Assembly (NCBI RefSeq): GCF_001194135.2
Contig: NC_068985.1
Span: 73,961,694 to 73,997,742 of the forward strand
Reading direction: 5' to 3'
Length of the DNA: 36,049 nucleotides
Source: Octopus bimaculoides
Taxonomy: Eukaryota
Made by a program: the position numbers and the translations under genes. The notes under the pieces were generated by a model. The model searched no databases and was not told the DNA's origin. It saw only the letters and a program-made list of their open reading frames with translations. This document shows positions 22,826 to 35,782 of the stretch, piece after piece (the first letter of the stretch is position 1; every line of letters begins with the position of its first letter).

Positions 22826-22880
22826 TATCTTTTACTTGTTTTCGTCACTTGACCCCGGCCTTGCAGGGGCACCACCTAGA
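22826..22880 (-). mobile_element. SINE family 1 tail fragment
   Basis: TATCTTTTATCTTTTACTTGTTTTCGTCACTTGAC...GGCC is the reverse complement of the SINE1 tail. Confidence 0.6.
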
Positions 22881-23728
22881 AGTATTTTCTAACAGAACGA
22901 CACCAGCATAAAACAAGGTTGGCCAAATGTCACCTGACAGTAAATCAAAAGCATGCAATTCCAAGATATATTTCTGTTTAACAAGTGAATAAGACTTTTA
23001 CTAGTAAACAAATAAATGTTGAGAAAAACCCGGTGATTTTAACTCTCAGCTATCAATCATTAAGCATTTATAATTGGAATATTATATTAAGTGTTTATGT
23101 ATTTAAGTACTTATATTAAGTATTTGTGGACTTATGATTTTCTGTCGGGTGAATTTTAGCCATGCCTGTATATATGTATAGGTTTGTGTGTACGTGTATG
23201 TGTGTGTGTTTCTTAGTGTGTGTGCTTTCTTTTGGTTATGGATATGTTTGTTAGTTTGATTTCGTGTCTACGATCGATTTGTAATGCCATTATTTTCTCT
23301 ATAATCAACTTCTTTTTACTTGACACAGCTCTTCGGCACCACTTCTTCAACACAACAAACCACAACCTCTGTGTACTTCCTACCAACTCTAATCACAAAT
23401 CTCACACCTGCTTACTTCGTCACCCTAACAAAAAAAAAAATGAAGCTTACTAACAACAGTAATTTTCACTGACCACTCGTGCATAACCACTAACATCAAA
23501 ATAACGGTAAAATGGAGAGTATGAAAAGAGCACGAGAGAAAGATCAATGTAATCCAAATTCATTAACAACAGCTGAATCACCATAAATTTAGAAGCCACT
23601 CAGAAAACAGACAGCGTATAATGTGTATCGCATAACTTTCATTGATACATCAAACTGATAACGCATGAAAGATAGATATTCAGTTAAATTTATGAAGAAC
23701 ACATATATAATTATCATATATATCATTG

Positions 23729-23730
<2 letters not shown>

Positions 23731-23797
<67 letters not shown>
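23731..23797. repeat. (TATC)n microsatellite
   Basis: Seen directly. Confidence 0.95.
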
Positions 23798-23944
23798 TTG
23801 GTAACCACAAATATTTATGTTTAAAGAAGACAGGATGTAGTGTTATATTCATATATTTATTATCAGTTTCGTGAACACGCATTGATACAGGCGACTGCAT
23901 TGCTGAACCCAATCATGTGATGCGATTGCGCGCAAACACACATG

Positions 23945-23947
<3 letters not shown>

Positions 23948-23984
<37 letters not shown>

Positions 23985-24000
23985 GACACACACACACACA
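23948..24000. repeat. (CA)n microsatellite
   Basis: Seen directly. Confidence 0.95.
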
Positions 24001-24339
24001 AGTGAAGAATTAGGTAGTGCGTTGCGTTACATTAATATTTTAAGAGTTGAACAGAAAGAACAGAACAAAGCGAAATATTTCATGAAAATATAACAAACGG
24101 AAAATTAAGAAAAACATAGCAAACGGTAGATTAGACAAAACACAATACACGGAAAATCTGCACCTCATTTCTCATCAGCCAATGTCGAAGACATCCTAGA
24201 AGTTTCAAGCTTTAAACATTGATACCACTCAGTCTTGGCAATGACAGAGCAGGGTGCTTCGAGAATAGCTAACAAATGTATATACAAAGTCAAAAACAAA
24301 CGAGGCAAGCTAAAATAATATAACAGTTGTACGCATAAG

Positions 24340-24746
24340 CCTGAGTTTATTGGAAGGTGGGTGAAAATTGCGAAAATGGCAAGAATGGATAGTACCTCTC
24401 TCAGTGTAGAACTGTGGAGTCGTCTGAGAGAATGAATTGGAGAGGGTACTTGCTCCTGGGGTTTCAGGGAAATTTCAAACAGTCGGGTTCCTAGATTATC
24501 CCTAGAGGCTACCTTCTATCAGGAGGGCCACATCTCTATCATCCTCCCTACCACTTTTTGTTTCTTCAAATTTGTATGCTATGCATATGTGCCTTCTTCT
24601 TCAGTGTATACCACGTATACTTTCTTTCTTTCATTTTTTTATCATTTCATTATATGTAAACCCCCACGCTCTATGTCTGTCTTTGTGTTGTCCCCCTCGT
24701 CTTTCGCACTTTTGGCAAATAGATGAAATCATCATCCTCATCATCA

Positions 24747-24813
<67 letters not shown>
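24340..24813 (+). mobile_element. L1/Tx1-clade LINE, short 5'-truncated 3' end with (ATC)n(ATT)n tail
   Basis: PEFIGRWVKIAKMARMDSTSLSVEL aligns with FVESLVNGVKTAHGNGPTLNIHL at the end of the 25204 copy. A pyrimidine-rich UTR and trinucleotide tail follow. Confidence 0.7.
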
Positions 24814-25203
24814 CTGTTTGCTTTGCATTTGTACAAGTCGCACATTGAGACATTAAGAGACAACAAGTTAGAAGTTCAGGCTGGTGTCATGACTAGTGTG
24901 CCATATATCTGGTTTTCCACAGAGTATTGTTCGAGAGAATGTCTGTCAAAACATATGTAAATTAAAAGTTTGTTTTGAAAGTAATTTCATTATAATACGA
25001 TAGTCTAGTCTGATGTTAAGATGCGAGTAAAATGTACATTTAAAAGTATTTTGACGCTATTTACGGATTAAAATGCTTTGGGGATAACATAGACAATATT
25101 TTACGTAGGATATGGGCAGTTCCCATGAGCATTACTTTTTAAATTTCTTCCATTTTGGGATTTCCTGGTATCTGAGCTAGGTAACATCAGCCCCTTATTA
25201 TTA

Positions 25204-25982
25204 TTTAGGCCAGGGCCAATAGATAGCTTCGACATCTCCGGCCTGGTAGTGCTACGGAGGAGCGCTGCTTGTTCGAGACAAGCTCTAAAGACACGGAAGT
25301 GCTGTCAGACAGACCTGTCCGAGGTGTGCGCAGGGCGATGAAACCGTCCTGCATGCACTCGTCCAGTGTCAGTGCATTACTACCTGTAGAGCTTTGTCGA
25401 ACAGCTGTTGTTACGTATAGGACGTATCTAATTATCAGCCGAATCCATTGTGAAGATCGCCCCGCCGCCTTCTTTTGGCTGGGAGAGAAAGGCAGTTTTC
25501 TTAGCCTGGTGGCTACAGCGAAAGACGTAGTGTGGTGGACGAGGCTGAAAGGACTAATGACAGACACTTTCCTCTTCGGCCGACCCTCCATCGACTTGTT
25601 CAAGCTCCATTTGAAGAGCCAAGTGAGGGTAGAGAGAGAAGTACTGCCCCTCAGTAATTTTGTTGAAAGTTTGGTGAATGGCGTGAAAACGGCTCACGGG
25701 AATGGGCCTACTCTGAATATTCATCTGTAAGCCTAGCAGTTGAAAGGAAGAGGGGTACCTACCTGGAGTAGCCTTGGCAGTCAGTGTGAGCCGGATGTGT
25801 GGGGTGCCTTGGTTGGCGCTATGTGTAACTCCCCGCTATTGGTGAATTTTGTTGTTTAAATTTTTAACTGTTTTGTTTTTCCATTGTCTACACGTTTTCT
25901 GTTTTTAAACCCCATTTGTCCCTTGTTTTGTACTGTCCCTATATATTTTTTGCGTTCGGCCCTCTTAGCCAACAAAGAAACG

Positions 25983-26034
<52 letters not shown>
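25204..26034 (+). mobile_element. L1/Tx1-clade LINE 3' end: ORF2 C-terminal CCHC finger, 3' UTR, (ATT)n tail
   Basis: AW*CYGGALLVRDKL*RHGSAVRQTCPRCAQGDETVLHALVQC (CxxC-x8-H-x4-C), then FLSLVATAKDVVWWTRLKG...HLKSQVRVEREVL in a shifted frame. (ATT)n at 25983-26034. Confidence 0.88.
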
Positions 26035-27286
26035 GTCTCAATCTTTTATTATTTCTACCAGCAACGCCTATGCCTGTATCCCTAATATTTCTCTCATTAG
26101 TTTATTAACATATTTGTTAACATATTTATCACCATCTTGTTTATTGCGAGCTCTAGTACACTTATTGTTATCAGAATCGTTATCATTACAGTTCACATGT
26201 TCGTAGCATTGCTAAAATTTATTATAATAGATAACATTATTGTTATTTTTTATGTTGGTATCCTCATTATTATTGTTGTTATTTCTGCTAATATTATTAT
26301 TAGTAAAGTTTTAAAGATAATAATATTAGTAGTAATAATAGTTTAGAACAACTTTATTGCAGTCGTTATCCTTAAGATAATTCCTTTTCATCACATATTT
26401 CTTATCATTTGTATCACCATCATTACCATTACGACCGTAAATACATTGTAAGAAATACTTTTATTTTGGTCAAGGAGAAACATGAAGCGATTAGGAAGAG
26501 CTAAGTAGTTTGCAGCACAAAAGCTAACACAACATTCCTTTATACTTATTGTGCTATGTTTGCCTGAAGTTGATAGTGAACTGAAATGTTGTATTAGAAG
26601 TAGAATATTCGTGTAATTGCCAATTCATAGACATTCGTATAAAGCTGAAAACATTCAGACGATGAAAACAAAGGCAATGTGTAATAAAAGGGAAATTAAC
26701 GAACTTGAAGATATTTGCGGGCGACGAAGAAAATATTCATGCACAAATCTAAACGAAGAAAACGTAGTTGCTCAGTAAAGATAGTTTTCCTTAAATAATA
26801 CTGTTGAATCACCTCTCAGAATTTCATTGTTTCACTGAGGATTACGTAAGACCTGGTATTCTAAATCATTACATTGACTGTTTTCTAAAAGTGGAGGTAT
26901 TTCAGATGCAAGGCAATGTTTCACATAAATTAAACAAGTGGTGGTAAAAAGTCTTATAGTCTATGTATATTTCTTTGGAAACCTCTTACTTTACAAGTAC
27001 GTCAGTTAGTTCGTGCAGCAAAAGTTAGACATACATTATTTAAATTATCATATTTCATAAATAGTTTAACTTAATATTAATAATGTTTCATAATAGGCTA
27101 CAAGTGAGATATTTATGAGGTATTCAGAGTCACTATTTTAAAAACCTAATGTTGTATAGAATTGTGATAATTGAATATTAAACATTCATGCATTATAAAT
27201 GTTTCTGATTCATCACCCTACATCTGCCTCTTTTTTGGATCTTGTTACCAGTATACTATTGGCTTTCCCATCTTTACCGATCTTCC

Positions 27287-27287
<1 letters not shown>

Positions 27288-27317
<30 letters not shown>

Positions 27318-27362
27318 CATACATACATACATACATACATACATACATACATACATACATAC
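27288..27362. repeat. (ACAT)n microsatellite
   Basis: Seen directly. Confidence 0.95.
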
Positions 27363-29559
27363 GTATGTATGTATATCTACATGCGTGCATATTTCTGAAT
27401 GCAATTATATTTTATTCATATATTTTTATGAAAAATAACATCGATTCACCGTCGCTTGTTTCGGACTACCTGTTAGATATTATAATTAGTACCACTCTTC
27501 TCAGGTTTATTAAGTTAAAAAATCATTCTCATTTCTCATACTTATGTTATGCACTTACATAAACATGCCACACTATCTTAGTACCGCATTTACTTCACTA
27601 TTATTTTAATGTTTTTACACTCGTTCCTGCTCACTTCTGTCACGTGCTTTCACAACGCCTACCTAAGATTACAACTACACCAAAAACGCTACAAACAACG
27701 CAAGCATGCTTGCAATGTGGCACGTTTCATATACATAGTCGACACTAACATACGCAATACACACGCCATTTGTCCACTTCCACAGAGTAAAGTGGGAAAG
27801 ATACCTTTAATTGAACATACGCACGCCTGCTCTTCGCTCATATAATAACTTTAACTGCCATTCTCTTTATGTTTTTTTTCTTATGATGACAGAAACTAAT
27901 GAACGAATGAACCTGCCGATAGGGCGTTATAGAAATACCGTTTTTGACAAATATATTCTTCGTTTGACGTCTGTTAGGTTGTTCATTATATGATATATGC
28001 ACTTATGCGTATACACTTACACAGGTACACACACGTACATACATATATTTTTATGTATACAGCGGTGGTGTGTGTAGCTAGAAGGTTGGGAAGCAATCTT
28101 CTTAACCACACAGACACGCTTGGGCCTATGCCATACAGAACGTCCCCCACACATTTTGTATACACACATACACACACATACTCTCTCTCTCATACGTATA
28201 TATATATATATATATATGTGTGTGTATGTATGTGTGTGTGTGTGTGTATGTGCCTGCGTTTGCGTATGTGTTTGTTTGTGTGTGCATGTGTGTGATTCCC
28301 TGCGCATGTGGGAGAATAAAAAGAAGGTATATTGACAAATAGATATTAAGATGCATAAAGATGTGTGTAGAAAATGATTGATTCTAGATGATTTCTAGAT
28401 AATCAAATGTTCATGGTACAGCTCACAATAATTATTGTTATTATTTTGAGTCGAGGGTATCTCTGACAACAGTTAGTTGTTAAAAAGTGATAAAAATACA
28501 TCTTGCATATTATCGGTCTTGGTAGAGCTACTATGTTTTACGTATTTGAAAAGCAAATATTGTGTCGGGGATGAATGAAAACACATCTTTATTTTTTCAC
28601 GAATATATTAAATCAATTAGGAAATTTTATTAATTTGGGAGGTATAAATTAATTTCACGGTACACTTGTATAATTTGAAACCGCCGTCTATAGTAACAAA
28701 CAGTCACTATATAAATTGCGAATGTTTTATAAATTATGAATACTGAAAGGCAGTGTTTATTTCCAATAGTATCAAATATATCAAAGTAATAATAATGGAA
28801 CGAATACAGCAAATGTATAAGCAGAAAAAATTTAGAGGGAATATGGAAGTGGACATGATTTATTTATTGTAGAGTATGACTGTATTTCTTTACATGTAAC
28901 ACGAACAATGTTAAATAAGAATGTCTTAATTCTATGATAAAAGTTAATTATAACTAAAGGTGGCGTAGAATGAAAGGGAATTTGAAAATTTATGTTAAAA
29001 TTAAATAGAAACTAAGAATACACGTGATACAGAAGATGAAAAGCGGATAAAATATCTAGAATTTGAGGGTTTTTTTGGTAATCAACATATCTCACAGGGC
29101 ATAAAAATTATGTAGAGACGTTTTTCCCTATTAACTGAATGTTAGAAAATTATATTAAAACAGTGTATCATTGTAATAAAGAATAATTAGGTAAAGTAAG
29201 GAAAAACAAAGCTTAAATTCCGTATAAGATGAATGAAAATTGGGCAGATAAAACATAACATTCTTTAATATAAATAAATAAGATTAAATAATTCAAGGAT
29301 AGAATTGTGTTAAGTTGAACGTGAATGGAGAGAAATAAATTATTAAATAGATAAAAATTACTAAAATGATTAAATGCAATAAATAGAGACAATATTCAAA
29401 GGTAAATACACGAAGCTGTTCGATAAGTAATTACATGCAAATCATGAGATTCAAAGTCGATTCCGGATAAAAAAAAACAGAAGTCAAATGTTTTTAAGTT
29501 AGAGGAAAACATTTAGGAACAATAATTCTAAGAATCAAAATTTTTAAAAGTTCAAATTT

Positions 29560-30890
29560 AAGTTGTACTAAACATTACAATAATCATGAGACTAAACTGC
29601 CTTATGTATATTATAAGTAATATTTGTATTATCATATTATTATATGAGTAAATTTATAATATTATTATAGCTTTTAGTATAATATTATCATATCCTTAAA
29701 AGACAGAACAAGGAATAAGTATATTACTTAAAATATATGAATGAAATATGGAAAATTATATTCCGATAAGTTTGGTTCTTCTTTGAGTAAAACATTACTA
29801 AGTGTTTTAAGTCTAATTAATGATATTTCTATATAATAAATTTGAATGATTTTAGCAGAAAAATATTTACAAGAGACGGTCTTTTTACTCTTCAGTGTTT
29901 TACCTTTATTAATTAAGATTAATAAGCTTTTCAATGTGCCTAAACAACATGGCACGCTGTTACTTGAATTAAATTTAGTAACTGACGCTCTATCATTAAA
30001 ATGTGTAGATTATATTTATAGTTAATGGAATATAATCTAAATGGAGAAGCTTACTCCACGATGTTTGTGTGTTATATTATTAGCGAAGCAATCTCATCAT
30101 CACTAACTTCGCTTTGCAAGTAATATACAAAATTACATCTGAATATCGAGGAGATTTACAATTAGAATTCAACAGAATTTAGAATTGGAGATTTTGTTGT
30201 TGGTGGATTTTAGATTATATACCTTGTACGATGCTAGGGTTTGCACAAAGTTAGAAGTTTGCACAAAGTTAGAAGTTCAAGCTTATAAAGATTTATAATG
30301 TATGTGAAAGTGGCTTCAAAGTAAATTTATAAAAGCAGGTTGCTTGAATGTGAGGCTATATTACATTATATCTGTACTTATAATCCTATGTCGAATAACA
30401 GATGTATACACTGTAGATTCTCTTTAAAGACATGTGTAGCTTATGATTTATTTTTAAAGACACTAGTAGCTTGTGATTAAATGTAGTATGATGGTATTTC
30501 AGTAAAAATGTTCTTGGCAGATAGGTTTGCAATCTAAAAAAAATTTTAATTATACTTGCTGGATGGTTTATAAATTTATTGATAGTATAAGACTCGTTCG
30601 GTTTATTATATGGGCAGTACAATAAAGTGTTTTCATCTAGATTGGCTACAGGGAAATCCTATTTCGTGATATTAGTTTCAATCGTAAATTGTCTCTTAAA
30701 TGACGAGGTTTTAGAATTTCACTGGTTCTGTCCTTTCCTGTATATTGTAATTTTGTTGTAGTAGTTGAACGTAGCCACGTTATACGATTTCTGTTATAAA
30801 TGTGTTTTTATTTTATGGCCGTTTAGCAGGCAACTGCCTGTATATCTAATTTCCATCAAAGCTTTCACTGCAATGACCTAAAAAAAAAAT
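29560..30890 (-). mobile_element. Ancient Penelope-like element (same lineage as 16760-17400): RT C-terminus, linker, GIY-YIG remnant
   Basis: Collinear minus-strand motifs: SFDG (~30852-30863, cf. GSxDGAE), QFTIETNITK*DF...LDENTLLYCPYNKPNE, INKFINHPASIIK, LINK...KYFSAKIIQIYY, and a weak IYI(G) near 29600-29630. Confidence 0.7.
30239..30277. repeat. 18-bp local tandem duplication GTTTGCACAAAGTTAGAA x2
   Basis: Seen directly; lies inside the PLE fossil. Confidence 0.9.
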
Positions 30891-31394
30891 TTACAGCAAT
30901 GAATCGATGACGTACACACAAGATATGCATATAGAAAAATAAAGAAAAAATACTCAAAAATACTAAGCTGTTGTTACTTGCATTACTAGAACAATTTCCA
31001 TTTAACCTAGTTGCTAGCAACTATAGCATAGATTACATGGATAGAACAGAATATTGAATAGGAATACTGTAATGGCATGCAAGTCTAACCCTGCTAGTTT
31101 TCCATAGTTCTAAGCGAAACGAGACAGGCAACATAAAGAACATTCCCTTCCTCAGTTAAACGCGGGGTAGATAAAATAGAGGACAACTTCGGATTGATGA
31201 TGAGCAATGACTCTGAGACTAGTCTAGTCTCTGGATACTGACGTTGCTGGGTGGAGGTGCTTATCTCCCCTTTGAAAACATAAGAACACAGAAAATGTGT
31301 CATGGTCAACTGGAAACGGTCTTTCCGAGAGCTAAATAGCAGTAGCATTCTTCCATTTCATGGGACTGCCACATTAAGTTGGCAACATACCATC

Positions 31395-31442
<48 letters not shown>

Positions 31443-31585
31443 NNNNNNNNNNNNNNNNNNNNNNNNNNNNNNNNNNNNNNNNNNNNNNNNNNNNNNNNNN
31501 NNNNNNNNNNNNNNNNNNNNNNNNNNNNNNCATATACCGTAAGGTTTCTACTGTTCAGTATATAGAACTTCTAAACGACAGCACT

Positions 31586-31623
<38 letters not shown>

Positions 31624-33779
31624 AACAGTCTATATATATATGTACACAGTCATGTATGTATATAATGAAGAGTTGTTGGAAGGGATTTTCCTTGGGTATT
31701 TACTGTGAAACTGGATGAAAATTGGGCGGGAAAGTAGTGGTGATCTCTTCGTCAAGATATTGCCTATTGAGCATTCATTGTCAAGGGAAGGAGGAAGAAA
31801 AGAAGACTTTGCAAAACTAGGTGAAGGTCTTTATAGCAGGCGAGGAAGATGATCGGTTACAATTCAGGAAATGGTCAAACTTCAGGGCTGTATGATGCCC
31901 GAATGAACGCTTTGAACGCGGGTGAGATGGCACATAAGTGTATAATTACTGTTTTAACTTCTTCCAGTTTTCGGACTGAACTGCGTCTAATTCTCTAAAC
32001 GTTACAGGTGTTGTCTTTCTTGCGTGAAACACTGTAGCACAGTTATATATAAAAGGGGCGTTGGAATATTGAAATTTTTGGTGTGTGGGAAGTAAAGAAC
32101 AGGATTTCAAGAATGGTTCTAATAGGTCAAATGTTGTTTCTTTTGTTTCAAGAGTGAACGTGTGTGTTGTCACCGATATGTGACATAAACCTGACAGAGG
32201 TGAGAGTAGTCGAAATGAAGTTTTATTACTATATTAAACGGGTAAGATGAAATATTATATCTGGCATAGATAAAAGGGATTTTGGCTAAATGATATATTA
32301 AATAGCATATCTCAAAATAGCTGCGAGTTTAAAACGCAAAAGATGGCAGATGATTGTATTAAAGTAGCATGAGTGAGATCAAGATACTAAGTATACAATT
32401 ATTCGTAACAAAATAGACATTAGCAGTAACAACGCCTATAATAAACTATTATATAATAATAATCAATTCGAAGCTATATCAATCAATAAAATATATGCTC
32501 CCACCCCACAAAAAAAGGAAGAGAAAAGAAATATATTGACTGTATTTGAATGTAATATTCTGCAATTGCGCTGACGTAGTAAAATGTTACGTAAATGCAT
32601 TATGATCAGCCCTTTCGGTCAGTTTTGGACCTTTATAACTTATTCTTTTGAAGAATAAGAATCCAATTATAAGCACAAAGCATAACGATCTGATATTTAT
32701 ATCTTGTGCATTAGATAACGGAAATTTTTCATGAAAATTACCAATTCAATAATGGAAATATATAAAAAAAAAGGAAAAGCACCAACATATTTTATGTATG
32801 TGCCAACACATGTAGAGATTCACGTAAATCGACTAATATGAAGGTACTGAATAAAAGAATAAAACTTATTCTAGGAAAAATAGAATGAGAGCAGAAATAA
32901 TCTGCAAACTACTGAATATGCAAAAATGATTATATAAACCAGTTTCTCGGATCTTTACTTCTACAAAATGCAATATTTTACATAGAAAGAACGGGTATTA
33001 AACTCAGTAATGAAAAATATATCATTATAATATAACAATATTAATATTTCAAGAAATAGCCTATACACTTTTACACGTGTAGTACATTTAAATGTATAAG
33101 AAAAGTACCTACACAAAAAAATTAAACATACTATATGCACGGATGCATCAGTACAGATTACAAGATCAAAGACTAAAGCTTATATTTCCGCGTCTTAAAA
33201 CTGAAAACAGGAGCATATTAAAACTTGATCCAAGTTGGATTACTAATTCAAATCAAAAAGTATTACGAAATTAATATCAATTCAAGTGCATGATAACAGC
33301 TCCGATATATAACACGCCTTATTTCTCTAAGCAAACCTCTCTTATGAGCTGCTCTCTCTCTGTACTTTTCCATTTCTATTATCATAACTCAGCTCCTGTA
33401 GCTTCTTATGTAACCCCATCTCTCCTTTTCTTTCCACGCCTCCCACATCTTACACATCGGTTTGCTACGTTCTGTTCTATTCTCCGCCTTGTATTCATTC
33501 TGCTCTCCCAACTCACCCATCTGGTATTTTCTATCATATGCATCCCAACCCTGGTTTTTCACTCACTACACTATCCTCCACCTCCACATATGGATATAGA
33601 TACACACACACATATATATTCTCTCTCACGTTCTTATGAAAACAGTCACTTTCTCATCCTCTCATATCATCCATTCTTCTCGTCCTCTCACGTCCTCTAG
33701 CGAGCCATCAATCCCTTCCTTTTATCTTCTTCTACCGCATATCTCCCCTCTAGCAATACGCATGTGCATCTAGTACAAT

Positions 33780-33960
33780 TGGTAAAGTTGTTGGCGTTAA
33801 CAAATTCGTACAGCCGTGAAAAAAGAAAACTTGATGAAGATGACATTGGAGCCCGACACAGCCCTGCGGCTCGCCAGCTCCTAGACGATCATCCTACTTA
33901 TGTTAGTGTCAAAAGCAGATGGTGACGATGATGATGATGATGATGACGACGATGACGATG
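33780..33960 (+). mobile_element. SINE family 3, 3' part with (GAT)n tail, diverged
   Basis: GTTGGCGTTA...CAGCCGT...TGGAGCCCGACACAGCCCTGCGGCTCGCCAGCTCC...ATCCTACTTATG...AAAGCAGATG then (GAT)n. Resembles an octopod SINE as recalled; single copy in the window. Confidence 0.5.
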
Positions 33961-34099
33961 ATATGGACAATATAGCACTTAATATGCCCTGCATTTAGAT
34001 ACTCTATATATTAAATGACATTTACCTCTCAGTAATAAGGGAACAGTAAATGACATATATATTATTTTACTCGGACAGTCATTTGATCTTAAAAGATTC

Positions 34100-34458
34100 T
34101 AATCGAAGAAATCGACCCCTGAATTTATTCTTTGTAAGCCCAGTACTTATTCTATCGGTCTGATTTCTTTCAACGACTAAGTTACGGGGAAGTAAACACA
34201 CCAACATTGGTTGTCAAGCAATGGGGTGGGGACAAACACAGACACACATATAAACATATATGTCCGTCACACACATATATATACATATATATATATGTGT
34301 GTGACAGTTTTTTGCAGTTTCCGTCTAACAAATCCACTCACAAGTGTTTGGACGGCCCGTGGCTATAGTAGAAGAGAATTGCCCAAGGTGCCACACAGTG
34401 AGACTGAAGCCAGAACCACGTGGTTGAGAAGCAAGCTTCTTACTACACAGTCATATTT
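34100..34458 (-). mobile_element. SINE family 1, near full length, diverged
   Basis: The rc has a head matching 11014-11165, an internal TA/TG tract, and a body matching 229-337. Confidence 0.85.
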
Positions 34459-34799
34459 ATATGCAAACATAAAAACGCATAGATCAAGTTTAATTGTTTC
34501 TTATTCCTATTTATTATTTATTAGTTTTCTCTTGCCTTGGTTGAGATATGCAAATGTGTTCATGCATAAACGTACGCATTTGCTAAATCGTACAGATGCA
34601 TGATGCTGTAATCTTTCTGAAGCAAATGATTTTTATGCATATTTATCATAAGTGCACATTCAGTTTTATCTATATAATGATATATCGTGAGTATATAGTC
34701 GTATACATGAAAACATGATATAGGAATACAATTTTTGAACGTCGCTGAGCAAATTGCTCGGCCTACTTTCCTTGACGATAATCATATAAATACACGCAT

Positions 34800-34980
<181 letters not shown>

Positions 34981-35627
34981 GCAGGTGCCCCAAATAAATG
35001 ATAATAAAAATGCAATTGCCGAACAAAACATTAGGATACTTTCCTTTTTACAAATACACATAATAGAAAGACATACATAACACAGATGCGCGGATTCATA
35101 GGCGTACTAATATTTTCGTAGATATTTTTGCTTAATACGTGTATTGAAATATATTATACCTTGTATACTGTACGAACCTATATACATTGAATCTACTTAA
35201 TCCATATCCCTTAATTTATCCTGTACAAAGTTGAGTTGTCACTTTAGTGCAGTGGTTAGTTAATTTATGAAGTTTAAACTCTGTGGCCTCTGATTTTGTT
35301 AGAATATCAATTTATTATTCTTTAACAAGAGCAGTGTTTAGAGTAACTTCAAACATTCTTCCACCTAAATCATCATCTTCATATATAAGGAACGTATGAA
35401 AAAATATCACTGAGTGGAGTGGCATTTTGCTGATATATTATGTGATGAAGACATGTATTTAATATGAAATTACTATTTTGAGCGCACAGAATCTATGGTA
35501 TCGCTTCTGTGTTACAAATAGTTATACAGCTGATAGGTCGGGCAAATTATACATGAAGATGCATTTTCCATCATCTCACATCTTCAAATGTCTTATTTTC
35601 ACCCTCTCTGCTAACATAGATGAATAA

Positions 35628-35782
35628 ATAGATAGATAGATATATAGATAGATAGATAGATAGACAGATATAATCATACATACATATGCATATAGATACA
35701 CACACGCGCACGGACGCACATACATATATACACATATATATATACAGACAGACATGTATATATATATATATATATATATATA
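35628..35782. repeat. (TAGA)n/(TA)n low-complexity tract
   Basis: Seen directly. Confidence 0.9.

Noticed and set aside
25205-25603. 132-aa minus-strand ORF (also 7633-7854, 8440-8772, 21065-21292, 4847-5116)
   Set aside because: These are antisense shadows of the LINE, Chapaev3, Tc1 and Gypsy coding regions.
27451-27478. Minus-strand GG-TAGT-CC-GAAAC resembling hammerhead stem II plus GAAA
   Set aside because: The upstream core (CTAACA) does not fit CUGANGA and stems I and III are not supported.
27764-27771. YY1-like CGCCATTT in a CpG-richer patch
   Set aside because: A single short motif is expected by chance, with no other promoter evidence.
28630-29550. A-skewed AT-rich block that looks like an ancient coding fossil
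   Set aside because: No interpretable motif in any frame.
19297-30277. CRISPR-like arrays from the 12-bp (19297) and 18-bp (30239) repeats
   Set aside because: These are contiguous tandem duplications without spacers, in eukaryotic DNA with no cas genes.
32860-33280. Possible further PLE-like fossil
   Set aside because: Only vague similarity; no collinear motifs.
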